Below, piece by piece: positions 1 to 16,529 of a stretch of 64,000 bases of DNA. The notes beneath the pieces were generated by a model that saw nothing but the letters and a program-made list of their open reading frames with translations, did not search any database and was not told where the DNA came from. This DNA comes from Eledone cirrhosa. Its lineage: Eukaryota. The DNA is taken from assembly GCA_964016885.1 (NCBI GenBank), contig OZ024741.1, positions 261,702,001 through 261,766,000 on the forward strand. The letters are read 5' to 3'. Made by a program: the position numbers and the translations under genes. Position 1 is the stretch's first letter; every line of letters starts with the position of its first letter.

Positions 1-429
1 TTACATACATATTTAGAGAGGAAAGTTCATATTTTTGTCCGAAGTTTTCTTTCGTTCTCTGTTAGTGTTGACCAACAGAGGTGGTAGCAGTCATCACCTC
101 ATATAAATATGCAATTTAACTGCACTATACACTTCCGTTGTCGAAAAAGCATTCAAGTCGAAATCGGTACACGATTAAGTGCAGAAATCCTGACTTTATA
201 AATGTTTTGATATTATACTGAAAAAAACCCTCAGCAATTTCTACTGTATTTTTCTCCTTTTTACTATTTGTTTATATATATCAACTCATGTGTCACTTTG
301 CTACATTCCATATACATATATTAGAGCTTTGCATGGGTGCTTGGTACCTCGTGGATTCATACTCATGTATTTATCGGGGTTGTTCCATTATCCTGTTCAT
401 CCATAGCTAACATTAAACAGGTATTCTTT

Positions 430-640
430 GATGCAGGGCTAGAAGGACAGTAGTAATAGTGGCAGAATTTGTTGAGGCTGTAAAGGTTAGAAGGACAGTA
501 GTAGTAATGGCAAAATTTTATGGGGCTGGTAAGGGCTAGAAGGACAGTAGTAGTAATGGCAGAATTTGTTGGGGGCTGGTAAGGGCTAGAAGGATCGTGG
601 TAGTAATGGCAGGATATATTGGGGCTGGTAATGTGTGAGG
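430..640. repeat. Imperfect tandem repeat, about 50-55 bp unit, 3-4 copies
   Basis: Recurrent gggctagaaggacagtagtaatggcagaattt...ggggctggtaa. Confidence 0.7.
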
Positions 641-1334
641 ACATGTTGCTGTGGTTTGATTGGTTGGAGAGCCTATGCTGGTGTGTGGGGGCGGGTGGGA
701 TTTAAATTGTGAGATAGATCGCCTACATGGCTTGGGTAAACCAGCGAGGTTTATTTTGTAGAGAAAATGGAAATATGTAATTTGTGGTGACAAACGGACA
801 AAAATAATATAATACAACAATGTATACATAACATTTTCAACTATATATATCCGGGTCTGGGTATAATTTTCAATCATATTTTATTATTTGTTTGACCCGA
901 ATAGCTTGGTCGTTTCTATGGCTTTGCGGATAATGGTTTAACCATCGTCTCAGTGGCCTTTTAACGCACGTTGTTGCTCTAGTTCACTAGTCTCTATGGA
1001 GCGCTTGCCACACATCTCGGAAGTTGTTTTTCGCTAATTTCCAATAGCCGAAATGCGATTCTCGCTAATTTATATTTGTATATATATATATATGTGTATG
1101 CATGTATATGTATAAGTACATATATATATATACATATCATCATCATCATCATTTTACGTCCGCTTTTCCCTGCTTGCAAGTGTGGGACGGGAACTGATTC
1201 TGGCTTGATTTCTACAGCTGGATGCCCTTCCTAACACCGACCTCATTTACAGTGAGTGCTGGGTGCGTTTTTGTCGTGGCAGCCCCACAACCACTTTGTA
1301 GTGGAATGATATGGACCCCAGTCCCTATCATCTC

Positions 1335-1472
1335 ATTTCTACAGCTCAGTAAATTGGAGCAATGTGAAATAAAGTGTCTTGCTCAAGGAAACAACACATC
1401 ACTCGGTCTGAGAATTGAACTCACAACCTTTCGATTGCAAGGTCAATGCTCTAACCACTAAGCCATGTGCCT
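1335..1472 (-). mobile_element. tRNA-derived SINE fragment
   Basis: Minus strand has tggcttagtggttagagc (A box-like), gagttcaattctc (B box-like) and a ccttgagcaagacac core. Related copies near 54150-54310 and 63420-63510. Confidence 0.65.
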
Positions 1473-1511
1473 CCACACACACACACACACATATATGTAT
1501 GTATGCATATA

Positions 1512-5616
<4,105 letters not shown>

Positions 5617-5618
<2 letters not shown>

Positions 5619-6504
5619 GATATTAACAAATGGAAACTATATTTATAAAACCATATTTATTTCATTATACATATTTCAAGGACACCAAGTTAAAATATGG
5701 TGTGCTTTCATCAGATAAAATATAATATAGAGAAAGAGAAAGATAGAGAAGGAGAGAGAGAGAAAAAGAGAGAGAGAGATAGAGAAAGAGCAGAACAACA
5801 GAGAGAGAAAGATGGAGAGAGAGAGGAGAGACAGAGAAAAGGGGAGAGAATGAAAAACTCTAAGTCATATCTTGTTGAGTTAACTTAACAATTGAAATGA
5901 AATGAATAAATAAAATTAGAAATGTTAATAATCATGAATGGAATATACATATATAATAGGAGAAATTTAACCATTGTTTAAATATGATTAGATGTTTAGT
6001 TAATCATTTAAAATATTGAGATCAATATATTAAAAATTGGGATCTATATATTAAGAAATCCATATATTATTAAAGATCTATATATTATATAGCACGGATC
6101 TGGTCTTTCTCTATCTCTCTCTCTTTTTTTCTCTCTCTCTCCTTCTCTATCTTTCTCTTTCTCTGTAACCCAACGGCTTATTTTAAAAATAAAAATATCC
6201 AATACTAATAATATAATTAAAGCTACACCTCCACTATCCGGGAGCTTCCAACAGCAATGGTTGCATTCTTTAAGGGTATGTCAATATTTATTTATAAAAC
6301 TGATCTATATTATATTTTATCTGATGAAAGCACACCATAATTTAAGTAGGTGTCCTTGAAATATGTATAATGAAATAAATATGGTTTTATAAATATAGTT
6401 TCCATTTGTTAATATCGTATTTTTACTCCAAATATTTGTTGAGTGCTTTATATCAGTTATAAAAATATTTGCTTGTTGTTTCCCAACAATTTAAATAGAA
6501 CCTT

Positions 6505-6507
<3 letters not shown>
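5617..6507 (+). mobile_element. ORF-less PLE derivative made of inverted pLTR segments, related to the 1716-5544 family
   Basis: 5617-5725 is an inverted copy of 6308-6418. The 3' end resembles 5280-5544. Bounded by (TA)n. Confidence 0.8.
6314..6376 (+). ncRNA. Type I hammerhead ribozyme motif, canonical core
   Basis: ATTTTAT-CTGATGA-stem II-GAAA-TATGTA-TA-ATGAAAT. The homologue at 5351-5413 has CTGATAA (C3/A8 mismatch). Confidence 0.7.
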
Positions 6508-6556
<49 letters not shown>

Positions 6557-7112
6557 AAAGTAGAATAGCTTTCACCGTATTTTTTACTAAAGGAATTTTA
6601 GCCTGATAATGGGGTTTAGACCCTCAGATAAATGGAAAAAGATGAATATTGACGTACATGTTTCAAAACATACTTACTTGATCTATATATATATATATAT
6701 ATATAATATTAAATTCAAATATTAATAAAATAGATGTTCTTGTGATCAATTAAATTCTATTATATATATTTCAGTGGTACGTGAATCAGGTTCAGCAGTA
6801 CGTCCTCATCAGATAAAATAAAATGATACATGATTCACGTACCTGATTCACGAACATGATTCATGAACCTGATTCACGTACCTCTGAAATATGTATACTA
6901 AAATTTGATTGATCACAAGAACATCTAATTTATTAATATTTGAATTTAATATTATATTAATAACTCTGGAAAATATGTACTGTAGAGTGCTTCCAATCTA
7001 CTGTAAAACTCATTCTTTGATGTACTCATTGAATCTTGTTTAACTCTTTAATATATATTGCTCCCAATTGGTTGAGCGTTTTTCTATACAATAGATTGCA
7101 TATTCAATAAAT

Positions 7113-9330
7113 ATGGATTTCTTAAACTTCCCGACATCCCTCAAGAATATACCAATACCTTCAAATGAGGAATACATGAGGAAAGTTATCGAACAAACAA
7201 ACTCTTTTATTAGAAGAATGAGATGGCGAGCATTTCATTTCGAAAATAAAGATGCTGAAAGAAAAACCAACAGCAATCATTTCGAATCTTTATTTAAATC
7301 AAGAAAGAATCCTCCATACAACAAACTCCTGGAGGATTTTGAAACTGAAATGCTCGATATAATTAAAAAAATTAAATTTAGGAAAAACCCATTTATAGGT
7401 CACCAATACCTTAGAACTCTAAAAGAAAAAATCACGGAAATAAAAAAATGTTAACAAAATATTTGTTAAATCGGAAAAAACAAATAATTTATATCGGATA
7501 AACAAAGAAGATTATAACAACTTGATTTTAAAGGAACTTAGGAAAAATTATAAAAAAGCCCCGGCTGAAGATCTTACAGAAATTAACGAGGATGCTTATA
7601 AATTAATTACCAACTTAAGAATAGAAGGAAGAACCGAGCCACTTATACCTAGGCAACCGCGGATTAACCTAAAAGATCACAAAAGAAACTTTGAGGAAGA
7701 TATGCCAGTTAGATTGATTGCTCCATCCAAATCAGATATTGGAGTAATCAGTAAAAACATCATCGATAGAATTCTACCTGCTCTTAAATTGAGATCTAAT
7801 TTGAACTTGTGGAAAGATACAAATAAAGTCATAGAATGGTACAAGAATATAGATGATAAGAAAAACCATGAATTCATCCAGATGGACATAACAAGCTACT
7901 ATTCTTCCATAACACCCAACCTACTAAATAAGGTTCTTTCATACGCTTATAAGCATACTGATCTAACCACGGATGAAATTGATATCATACTAACAGCTAG
8001 AAGAACTCTTATTAACTTCAACAATGAGTATTGGACCCGCTCAGATAGAGATAGAAACTTTGATATTACTATGGCGGCATCCGATTCTGCGCAAATCACA
8101 GATCTTCTGGGAATTTTCATATTATATATGATATATATAAAACTGCCGGAGATTACCGGTGGTTTATATAGGGACGACATTTTATTTACGGTGGTCAAAC
8201 ACAACAATATTACTAAATAGAGTAAAGAAAAGTATAATTGAATTCTTTAAAATGTCCGACCTTAAGTTAGAAGTAGAAAATGGTACCAAAATAGTTAATT
8301 TCCTAGATGTTACGTTTAACTTAAACTCTCGCTTTTAATACTCTTTTCATAAGCCCAATGAAAACTTAAACTATGTTAGTTACTACTCTAATCACCCTAA
8401 ATCTGTAAAAAAGGCTATAGTAAATAGTGTGCAAAAACGCATTAATAGAATATCAGCCAATAAAGCAATATTTGATGTAAATGCAGGATACTACAACGAA
8501 GCGCTAAAAAGAGCAGGATACGAGAATAATATAGAATATGTAGATAATAATAAAAATAACGGCATATATAAACGAAATCCTAATTATAATTCAAACACCT
8601 ATATGGCGAACAAACCGAGGAAAAGAACTACAACTAAATCAGTTATATGGTTTGCCCCCCCCCCTCCCGCGCTTCAGTAGCAGTTAGAACACCAATTGCA
8701 AACCTATTCTTTAAAGCTTTGGACCGCTCTTTCCCTAGTCAACATAAATACCATTCCATTTTTAATAGACACACTATTAAATTATCTTATTCTACAACTA
8801 TGAATATGGCCCAAAACATTGCTAAAATAAACAGTAAAATTCTAAAGCAGAATCAGCATAATGATTTTAATAATAGTGTTAACATAAATAATAATAAATC
8901 AAAATGTAATTGTAGAAATAAACCTGATTGCCCTCTGCAAAATAATTGTTTGGATAGTAATTTGGTGTATAAATGCACCGTAAAAAACTGATTACAACAC
9001 ATACAACTACATAGGATCGACTTCTTCTACATTTAAGGCTAGATTTGCGAATCATAAATGCTCATTTTCGAATTCTAATAGGAAATCATCAACTTCTTTA
9101 TCACAGCTTATATGGTCATTAAAAGACAAAAATTTAAAATACTCCTTCTTTTGGACGAAACTTTGTAATAGTGGAGTTTACCGCAATTCAAGTATATCAA
9201 GTAACTGTCCGCTTTGTACAATGGAGACCCTTTTGATTATTAATAATTATGAAAACTTAATTAACAAAAAAAGTGAATTATTCTCAAACTGCCTTCATAA
9301 AGCCTTGTCTACATTCCAAACCTCGCATAA
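7113..9330 (+). pseudogene. PLE RT-GIY-YIG ORF with several frameshifts
   Basis: SLKNIPIP..RMRW, LKDHK, QMDITSYY, GGLYRDD, NFLDV, SNHP, CNCRNKPDCPL, VYKC..NYIGST motifs spread over ORFs starting at 7113, 7522, 8429 and 8647. Confidence 0.92.
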
Positions 9331-11085
9331 GACCAGGAAAAAAACATTAAGCAACCAAGCCTGGTTTTTAGACGTACATCACCAACTGTTGAAAATATAA
9401 ATCTTAATGGCTTATCAAACTTTAATATTGCTTTATCTTCTAACCATCTATAAAGGAAATGACGTTTGAATGAATGACATTTGTTTAATAACATGCTGCC
9501 ACGTTGATATACATAACATGGCTTTTGGGATATTTTTATCTTTGATCCAGACCTTTATTTATCTATCTTTATTTTTCTATCTCTGTTTTAAATATAGTTT
9601 AAATATCTAACCTGTAAATTTTTACGGACCTTATTTTGAACTGTTGATATACATAACATATGGCTTTTGGATATTATTAACTTTGATCCAGACCTTTATT
9701 TCTCTATCTTTATTTTTCTATCTCTGCTTTAAATATAGTTTAAATATCTAACCTGTAAATTTTTACAAACTTTATTTTGAACTGTTGATCATTCACGCGT
9801 TTACATTTTTTTGTTGTATATATATATGTATGTATTTTATTTTATAGTTATGCATGTATGAATCTATTTTCTAAGAGTATAATCGTTTTCCTTTACCAAA
9901 AGTATACTGTCTCATTAATACTTAGTATATCTCTCTATATGTAGTTTTTGCAAATATGTTTATATCGTATAATAACATAATTCATAATTATTGTTAGGTA
10001 CTTCTCTGTATATAGCTTTGTGCATTTATCTTTATAACGTATAATAACATAATAATAATTATTGTTCGGTATAACGCTATATATAGTTTGTGCAAATATA
10101 TGTATATTGTACAATAACATAATCATTATTTAGAGTTCGTTCTTCCATTGAAGCTAGAACTAATATAATGATTTAATATAATATAATAAATAATAATTTA
10201 TAGTCCTCTTATTATGATAAATGCACGCACATATATATATAGCTGTAAACTCTGCGTTAATTATTATACTTTAGACAATATATCTATTTAACAATAAATT
10301 CCTCGATATTTATAACAGTAAGTACTTCATAGATTATACATACCGAAAATGTTGACACTGTTACAAGTAATTTTGTTAAAGATTACATTTATGTGAATAT
10401 TGAACAGTATATATTCTTCTTTCGCGGGCTTAGTAAATCATTTAAATTTGTTTTCATAAAACTTCGAATTTTAGAAATGTAACACATTTTTTAAATTTAT
10501 AAAACTTATAAAATTAATACAAATAACCATCAACTTTTAAAACCTAAAATTTATGTGAATATATGAACAGTATATATTTTTCTTTCGAGGGATTAGTAAA
10601 TCCTTTAAATTTGTTTTCATAAAACTTCGAAATATAAAATTTATTAAATTTATAAAATTAATACAAATAACCATCAACTTTTAAAACCTAAAATTTTGAT
10701 TCTTCACCCTAAAATAACATAAATTAAATATTTTGAAATTTAACTGCTAAGTCTATACGTGTCCGATGAACATTTCTGCATAAATTACTCCCCTTTATCT
10801 CTCCCTCTCTTTAATTATCTATCAGTTGATTTCTCAAGCCAAAACATTATAACTCCAGAGACGCCTTCCCCTATAATCCTAATTGTAGTATCCCAGATTT
10901 TAAAAACTCTAAAACTGTTACATTAAAGCAATGTTTTTCCTTACTCACACCTTCTCTATTGATTCTATTACGTTTTCCCATGTTCTCACTATTAGGGTAT
11001 AAAAGTTGAGTTTTCTCATACGTTAATCACTACCTTGATTAAATCGTAACCATCTAACATCTCAGGGTATGTCATGTATCATTTT

Positions 11086-11151
11086 ATTTTATCTGATGAG
11101 GACGTACTGCTGAACCTGATTCACGTACCTCTGAAATATGTATAATAAAAT
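11086..11151 (+). ncRNA. Type I hammerhead ribozyme motif in the 3' pLTR
   Basis: ATTTTAT-CTGATGA-GGACGT..ACGTACCTCT-GAAA-TATGTA-TA-ATAAAAT with a 7 bp stem I. Inverted copy at about 6755-6822. Confidence 0.75.
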
Positions 11152-11293
11152 TTAATTGATCACAAGAACATCTATTTTATTAATATTTGAATTTAATATT
11201 ATATTAATAACCCTGGAAAATATTTTTTTGGTAGAGTGCTTCCAATCTACTGTAAAACTCATTCTTTGATGTACTCATTGAATCTTGTTTAAC

Positions 11294-11370
<77 letters not shown>

Positions 11371-11589
11371 AGATAACAAAATATCGTTGTAGGTAATCCA
11401 GTTAGATGTTGTGAATACTTTGAATTGTGGATAGTTTTAGCGTACAGCGTTGTTTGACTCAACAATAGGCATCCGTAGGTGGCGAGTTTATGGAATCTCT
11501 TGCCTTCCTATGTAAGTTTATCTTGGAGTAATAATATTGAAAGGGTGAAGAATAACATGGTTAACAGTACAAAAAAGGATTTTATTTAC

Positions 11590-11700
11590 AGTATTAACAA
11601 TTGTTTCACTGATTAAGTTGTCTAAAAATTGCTGAACACTTGAAGCTGTGCCACGCAATTTTAAATACGTTGTTAGCTTAACCAGATCATCAGAAGGACT
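11590..11700 (-). ncRNA. Hammerhead motif with long stem II, in a PLE pLTR fragment (about 11370-11900)
   Basis: CTGATGA-T-CTGGTTAAG..CTTAATCAG-T-GAAA-CAATTG-TT; stem I is imperfect. Same family as 54561-54666. Confidence 0.6.
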
Positions 11701-12425
11701 GTTAAAAATATGCTCAGCGTCTACGAATTCAAATTACAACATCATTAATAAAGAAAGAGAGAGAAAAAAGAAAGAGAGAAAAAAAGAAAAAAAGAAAAAA
11801 AGAAAAAGATATAAAGAAAAAGGACAGAGAGAAAAAAAGATAAAGAAAAAGAAAAGGAAAAAGAAGAACAAAGAGAAAAAACAATGACAACAACAATAAA
11901 TGAATTACCCAGCAGTCATCATCCATGCGCATCACATGTCCATACCATCTCAGTCTTCTCTCCCGCACAACTTATCCCTCTTAAACGCAGTTTCTCTCTC
12001 AACACATCCATGCTCGGTCGTTCACACACATTGATATTGGACAACCAGCGGAGCATGCTTGCTTCATTTCTCTCCAGCCGTCACATATCCTCCACTGTTG
12101 CTCCCATGTCTCACTACCATGCAGCATATATATATATATGTAAATGTATACTAAGCTAAGTTATCATAACATATATAATACGTATGATGATTATGTTTCT
12201 CAGTAGAAAAGCTCAATTGATGTATTTTCAGAGCATCCACCTTAAAGTATATACTTTTTTCCTAGATACTATATGCTTTATATTCATGTACTAAATACTA
12301 TGTGTTTCTCTACCGATACATGGCTCTTTGTCTTTATATATAAATATCTTTTAATATGATTTATTGATGCCCCGGACAATCGTCATTTAATCTTTTCTAT
12401 TGACAAACATAATCATCTTACGTAA

Positions 12426-13336
12426 TCTATATATCTAAAGCAGAGAATGTCTGTTTCCCTGTCTGTCTGTCTCCCTGAAACTCGAGAACCACTCAACCGA
12501 TTTTTTTCAAACTTTACACATCTTGTGAGTGTTTTCAGCAAACAATATTTCAAATTTCCAATGCCTTAGGGTCCGCATTAAGCGAAAAACCGCATATTTT
12601 AGGCTTTAAAGGCTTCTTTTAGGAATAACGGAACAATAATCCGGGCGATTTCTTCAAAATTTGCAATATTTATGTCGTTTAAAGTGTTTTGAGCAAAAAA
12701 GATTTTCTCATGTTTTGCCCCAGGGACCGCATTAGGCGAAAAATTGATTTTGGAAGCATTTTGTTTGCGTTAGAGCCTGTAACTCGAGAAGTACCCAACC
12801 GATTTTTTTTTAACTTTGCATATGCATTACTCATGTTTCACAAATTTTATTGACTGAAAAAGATTTCAAATTTTTGCCCGGGGACCGCATTGTTTAGAAT
12901 TCTGGTTGCGTTAGGGCCTGTAACCTTAAAAGTGTCCAACTAAATTCCTTCATGTTCTCCACCACTGCAGTCCCACATGCTTACTGCTCTGTAACTATTG
13001 CTTTCATTGTATCATCATCATCACTGTTTTGCGTCCGTTCTTCTACGCTAGCATGGGTTAGACGGCATCATATCACAACAAATACATGTTCGGTTTGTCG
13101 AATGCCTTTTTACTTAACCCTATCGTCTTGGCTTTCGTGGGTTGAACATTTTACTCTCAGGCACCCAATTAAGTTAAACCCCTGGTAATCTATGACGAAT
13201 TTTTTTTATAAGCACAAAATGTAGACACCATCCCCAGGCCGAGGTATTCCGTACTTCTCTGTACTGTTTCAGAAAGGAGGGATAAACATGCCAATCTATG
13301 TTTAGAATCCCGAGCAACGCCGGGCCATTCTGCTAG
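12426..13336 (+). mobile_element. Non-autonomous Helitron
   Basis: A|TCTAT 5' end; 3' hairpin CCCGagcaacgcCGGG about 10 nt before CTAG|T; internal repeats (aactcgagaa..caaccgattttttt). Confidence 0.8.
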
Positions 13337-14191
13337 TATATGTTATAATAACTTAACTTAATAGTTTCTAGCGGATACAACGTCCAGTGCTATTGTATCT
13401 GCTGCCACAGTTAAAACATTCTTCACACCATGCTGTCTATAGTTTTGGGTGTCTCTCAGATCCCAACAGATAAAAAGGTGTTTTGTATTTTACTGGAATT
13501 TATCCAAAGACGATTCCACTGATGATTAGTTTCGCGCCTTCCATAGCTTTACCAAAATCGATAGTTGGTAATCGATTGCTTATTTTTCTTCGGCTTATAA
13601 ACTATGAAGTGGTACCGTAAGGAAAACAAGAACTTCCCAACTTAAAGTATGTACTTTTTTCCTACACCCAATGTTCTTTGTAAGCTGCGGAAATGTTTGA
13701 AAACTAATCCCCCTCCCCTGTAGCACAGTAACATTAATTGAGTACTGACATGGTATATAATGATGAATCCAACCTTTATAGAAGATGATGATGATAGTTT
13801 GTTGTTCTTTTCCTTATTTTATTACTAGAATTTTAGTATTTCTATGTAATCATTATCTTCTATGTTGTGTAAAAACAGTTCAATATATTGTTTGTCTCAT
13901 CTTTTCCGCTGTTAACATTTGTGCTTGTGGCTGATATTGTTGTATTATTCATTACTTTTAGTAGGAAAAATATATTACTTTGTTGAAAGTTTTATTAGTT
14001 AACAACTACAACATATTCTATGTGGCAAATATAACGTTGCTGTCAACAATGAAGCCATTGAAAGTCATTAACTGTAAAATAATTAGATAAAGAATCTAAT
14101 AAAAGTTTTACAGTTTTGTTATAACAAATGTGAAACAATGACATAAGCGGACATAAGTTAACATAATGTGAAGAATTGTTTGTAGAGTTAC

Positions 14192-14317
14192 CTTGCCAGA
14201 ATTCGTAAATTCTACAATATTCAGATAACCTCCTTTGCATATAATCTCCAAGAAATCTAAAATTTCGTCTTTTTTTTGAATTTTTGTGAGAAGGAATTCA
14301 TTTTCACAGGATGGACC
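14192..14317 (-). CDS. Probable PTP D2 exon (GPSCENEFLLTKIQKKDEILDFLEIICKGGYLNIVEFTNSGK)
   Basis: ttacag acceptor and gtaact donor; 126 nt. Degenerate match to G...FIxTQ...DFWxMI...IVML. Confidence 0.75.
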
Positions 14318-15225
14318 CTGTAAATAAATGAACAAAACAAACAAACACAAATTAAAAAATATTAAAGTTGGAAATCAGATGATTCAGTACAATTATGGTC
14401 TTAATGTGTGAGATTTAAGTCATAGCCTGATAGCTTGAATCTATTTGTTGTAAGAAGTAGTTATCATTGTAAAATCTAATGACAAGATATTTAGACATAA
14501 ATATACACAAAGACATACACATACTCCCCCTCTCTAACACACACACGAACAGATACACACACGAACAGACACACACACAAATTTATTATTTGATATCATA
14601 CATATAGTTTGCACAGCATAACATTTCTTTCCTCAGTCGTTGACTGGATCTTAAAATGATTCTGTAACTTTCCGACATTATCCTTCTCTCTCCTTAACAG
14701 CAATGACAAACCAAGGAATATTCAATTGTTTTGGGTCTACATTCTAGAATACTGTTCTATCTTTCCTGCCAAACAGAAGCCACAACACTAATCTAGAAGT
14801 AGAGGAAACTATGTTAACTGCACATCAAGTATTTTGTTTTAATATATACTCATGATTTGTTTTAGCTCTCATAATCTTTTGTCATATGTATTTAACATGT
14901 CTATGGTTATTAATTACCTATTCTCATTTCTCTTCCATAATCCCCTACTTGTTATCATTCTCAAGATAGAATACTAGTATTATGGATTTAGTTATAAACC
15001 CACAATATCCAACTTTCACATGAATTATTGTAACCTACTATCCCCATGACTCCTTTCTACTGATCAGTATGTTGTATAAATTGTAGTCATATCTCCCTGA
15101 TTGATATTTTTGTCATTACACATTGATGAACAGTTCAACAAATGGTAAAGAAATTAATAATCTGGCTAGGATAGAAAATGATGAGTAAAACAAAATAATA
15201 AACCATGCAGAAAGTATTTACTTAC

Positions 15226-15293
15226 ATTCAGTAAAACGGTTTCGATATTGAGATTTTGTAGCTCTTCGTTTCCTATTAAAAGATAATTGTTCT
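15226..15293 (-). CDS. Probable PTP D2 exon (E/NNYLLIGNEELQNLNIETVLLN)
   Basis: ttctag acceptor and gtaagt donor, phase 1 to 0. Position corresponds to the RVxL...YINA exon but the sequence is degenerate. Confidence 0.6.
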
Positions 15294-15593
15294 CTAGAAA
15301 ATTTATGTAAAACTTAATGAAACATCTGTATAAATAATATTTATTTAGTGATATTAGACATTGCATGTATCATATTGAAACCGAGCAATTTATTGGCCAT
15401 CAATTTACGATGAATATGTTATATAATTATCTCACATAATATCAAATCTATGAGATTTTGATATTATTTGTTTTGAGAACAATAACTTAACATAAGAATG
15501 AGCAGCCGGTTATGACTGGTTTGAACAGAAAGAGGCGAGAGAATTCTGGCCGGATACGGTCGGTTTAAATGCTAAAGGGTTAACATAATAAAG

Positions 15594-15671
<78 letters not shown>

Positions 15672-16002
15672 TATTCGAAAACATCACAACTACCTACCCA
15701 TTTAGTGTGTATAAATATAGTTATTTTCTAAAAGTGACATATTCATCATCGCAAAACAAAATATGAACAGAACTTCTTCAACTCTCGATTTTTAACCTTT
15801 ACTTTTTAAATCTTAACTTTTAGTATTTGATAAGATGGGATAACATCGAAACTGGTAATATATTTTAAATATATTTTCTAAAAACTTTTTTTTAATGTTT
15901 TTCTCTTGTTTTCAATAATCACTTTGTCGGATTAAAGAAGAAAAAAGATTATTTAAAAATACTTCAGTACTGCTTCCATTCTTACCTTTATATATATATA
16001 TA

Positions 16003-16036
<34 letters not shown>

Positions 16037-16040
<4 letters not shown>

Positions 16041-16435
16041 TATATATATATATATATTGGTAAACGGAATAGAAAATGCTGACAAATTGTTCACAGTGAA
16101 AAATAGTTTAATTAGGAATAAATGAGAATTAGTAATTGTATTGGTTAGTATTCAGTTTTGGTTTTAAGTTTTACCGGTTGCGCATTTCTAAATGCTTTTC
16201 AAAAATAATTTTGAGATAGAGCGTCCGTGATGTTTGCTCTGATCTGATTAGTTTTGGAAATTCTACCTATTTTTATGTTAAAAAAGTGGCTCCAGCGCTA
16301 TTAAAATTGGTTTTTGCGCCAATTCGTGTTGCAAAAATTCTCGTGGTCAAAACAATTTTGATTGGTCGATAGAGGTCATGTGAATGTAAAAAATTGATTT
16401 TGCGCCAAGACTGAGAAATGACTCTTTCACAACAA

Positions 16436-16529
<94 letters not shown>

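Larger units (their letters stand above)
6702..11300 (+). mobile_element. Near full-length PLE (C-terminal GIY-YIG, CxC linker; Hydra-clade-like)
   Basis: Inverted pLTR piece 6702-6830. Direct pLTR piece 6867-7055 matches 11114-11300. Single disrupted ORF, 2 kb 3' UTR with internal duplications, (TA)n on both sides. Confidence 0.92.

Noticed and set aside
8985-8995. In-frame TGA in the PLE endonuclease as possible selenocysteine recoding, as in Naiad PLEs
   Set aside because: It arises from an extra A in a homopolymer and the NYIGST motif continues in another frame. The endonuclease is C-terminal, unlike Naiads, and no Cys-position TGA was seen.
14015-14100. Next PTP exon downstream of 14192 (LMTFNGFIVDSNVIFAT*)
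   Set aside because: An acceptor exists, but there is no PTP motif or good donor; cannot be supported without transcripts.
15500-15583. piggyBac-like end (AGGG-TTAA)
   Set aside because: Only one terminus is visible, with no matching left end or transposase.
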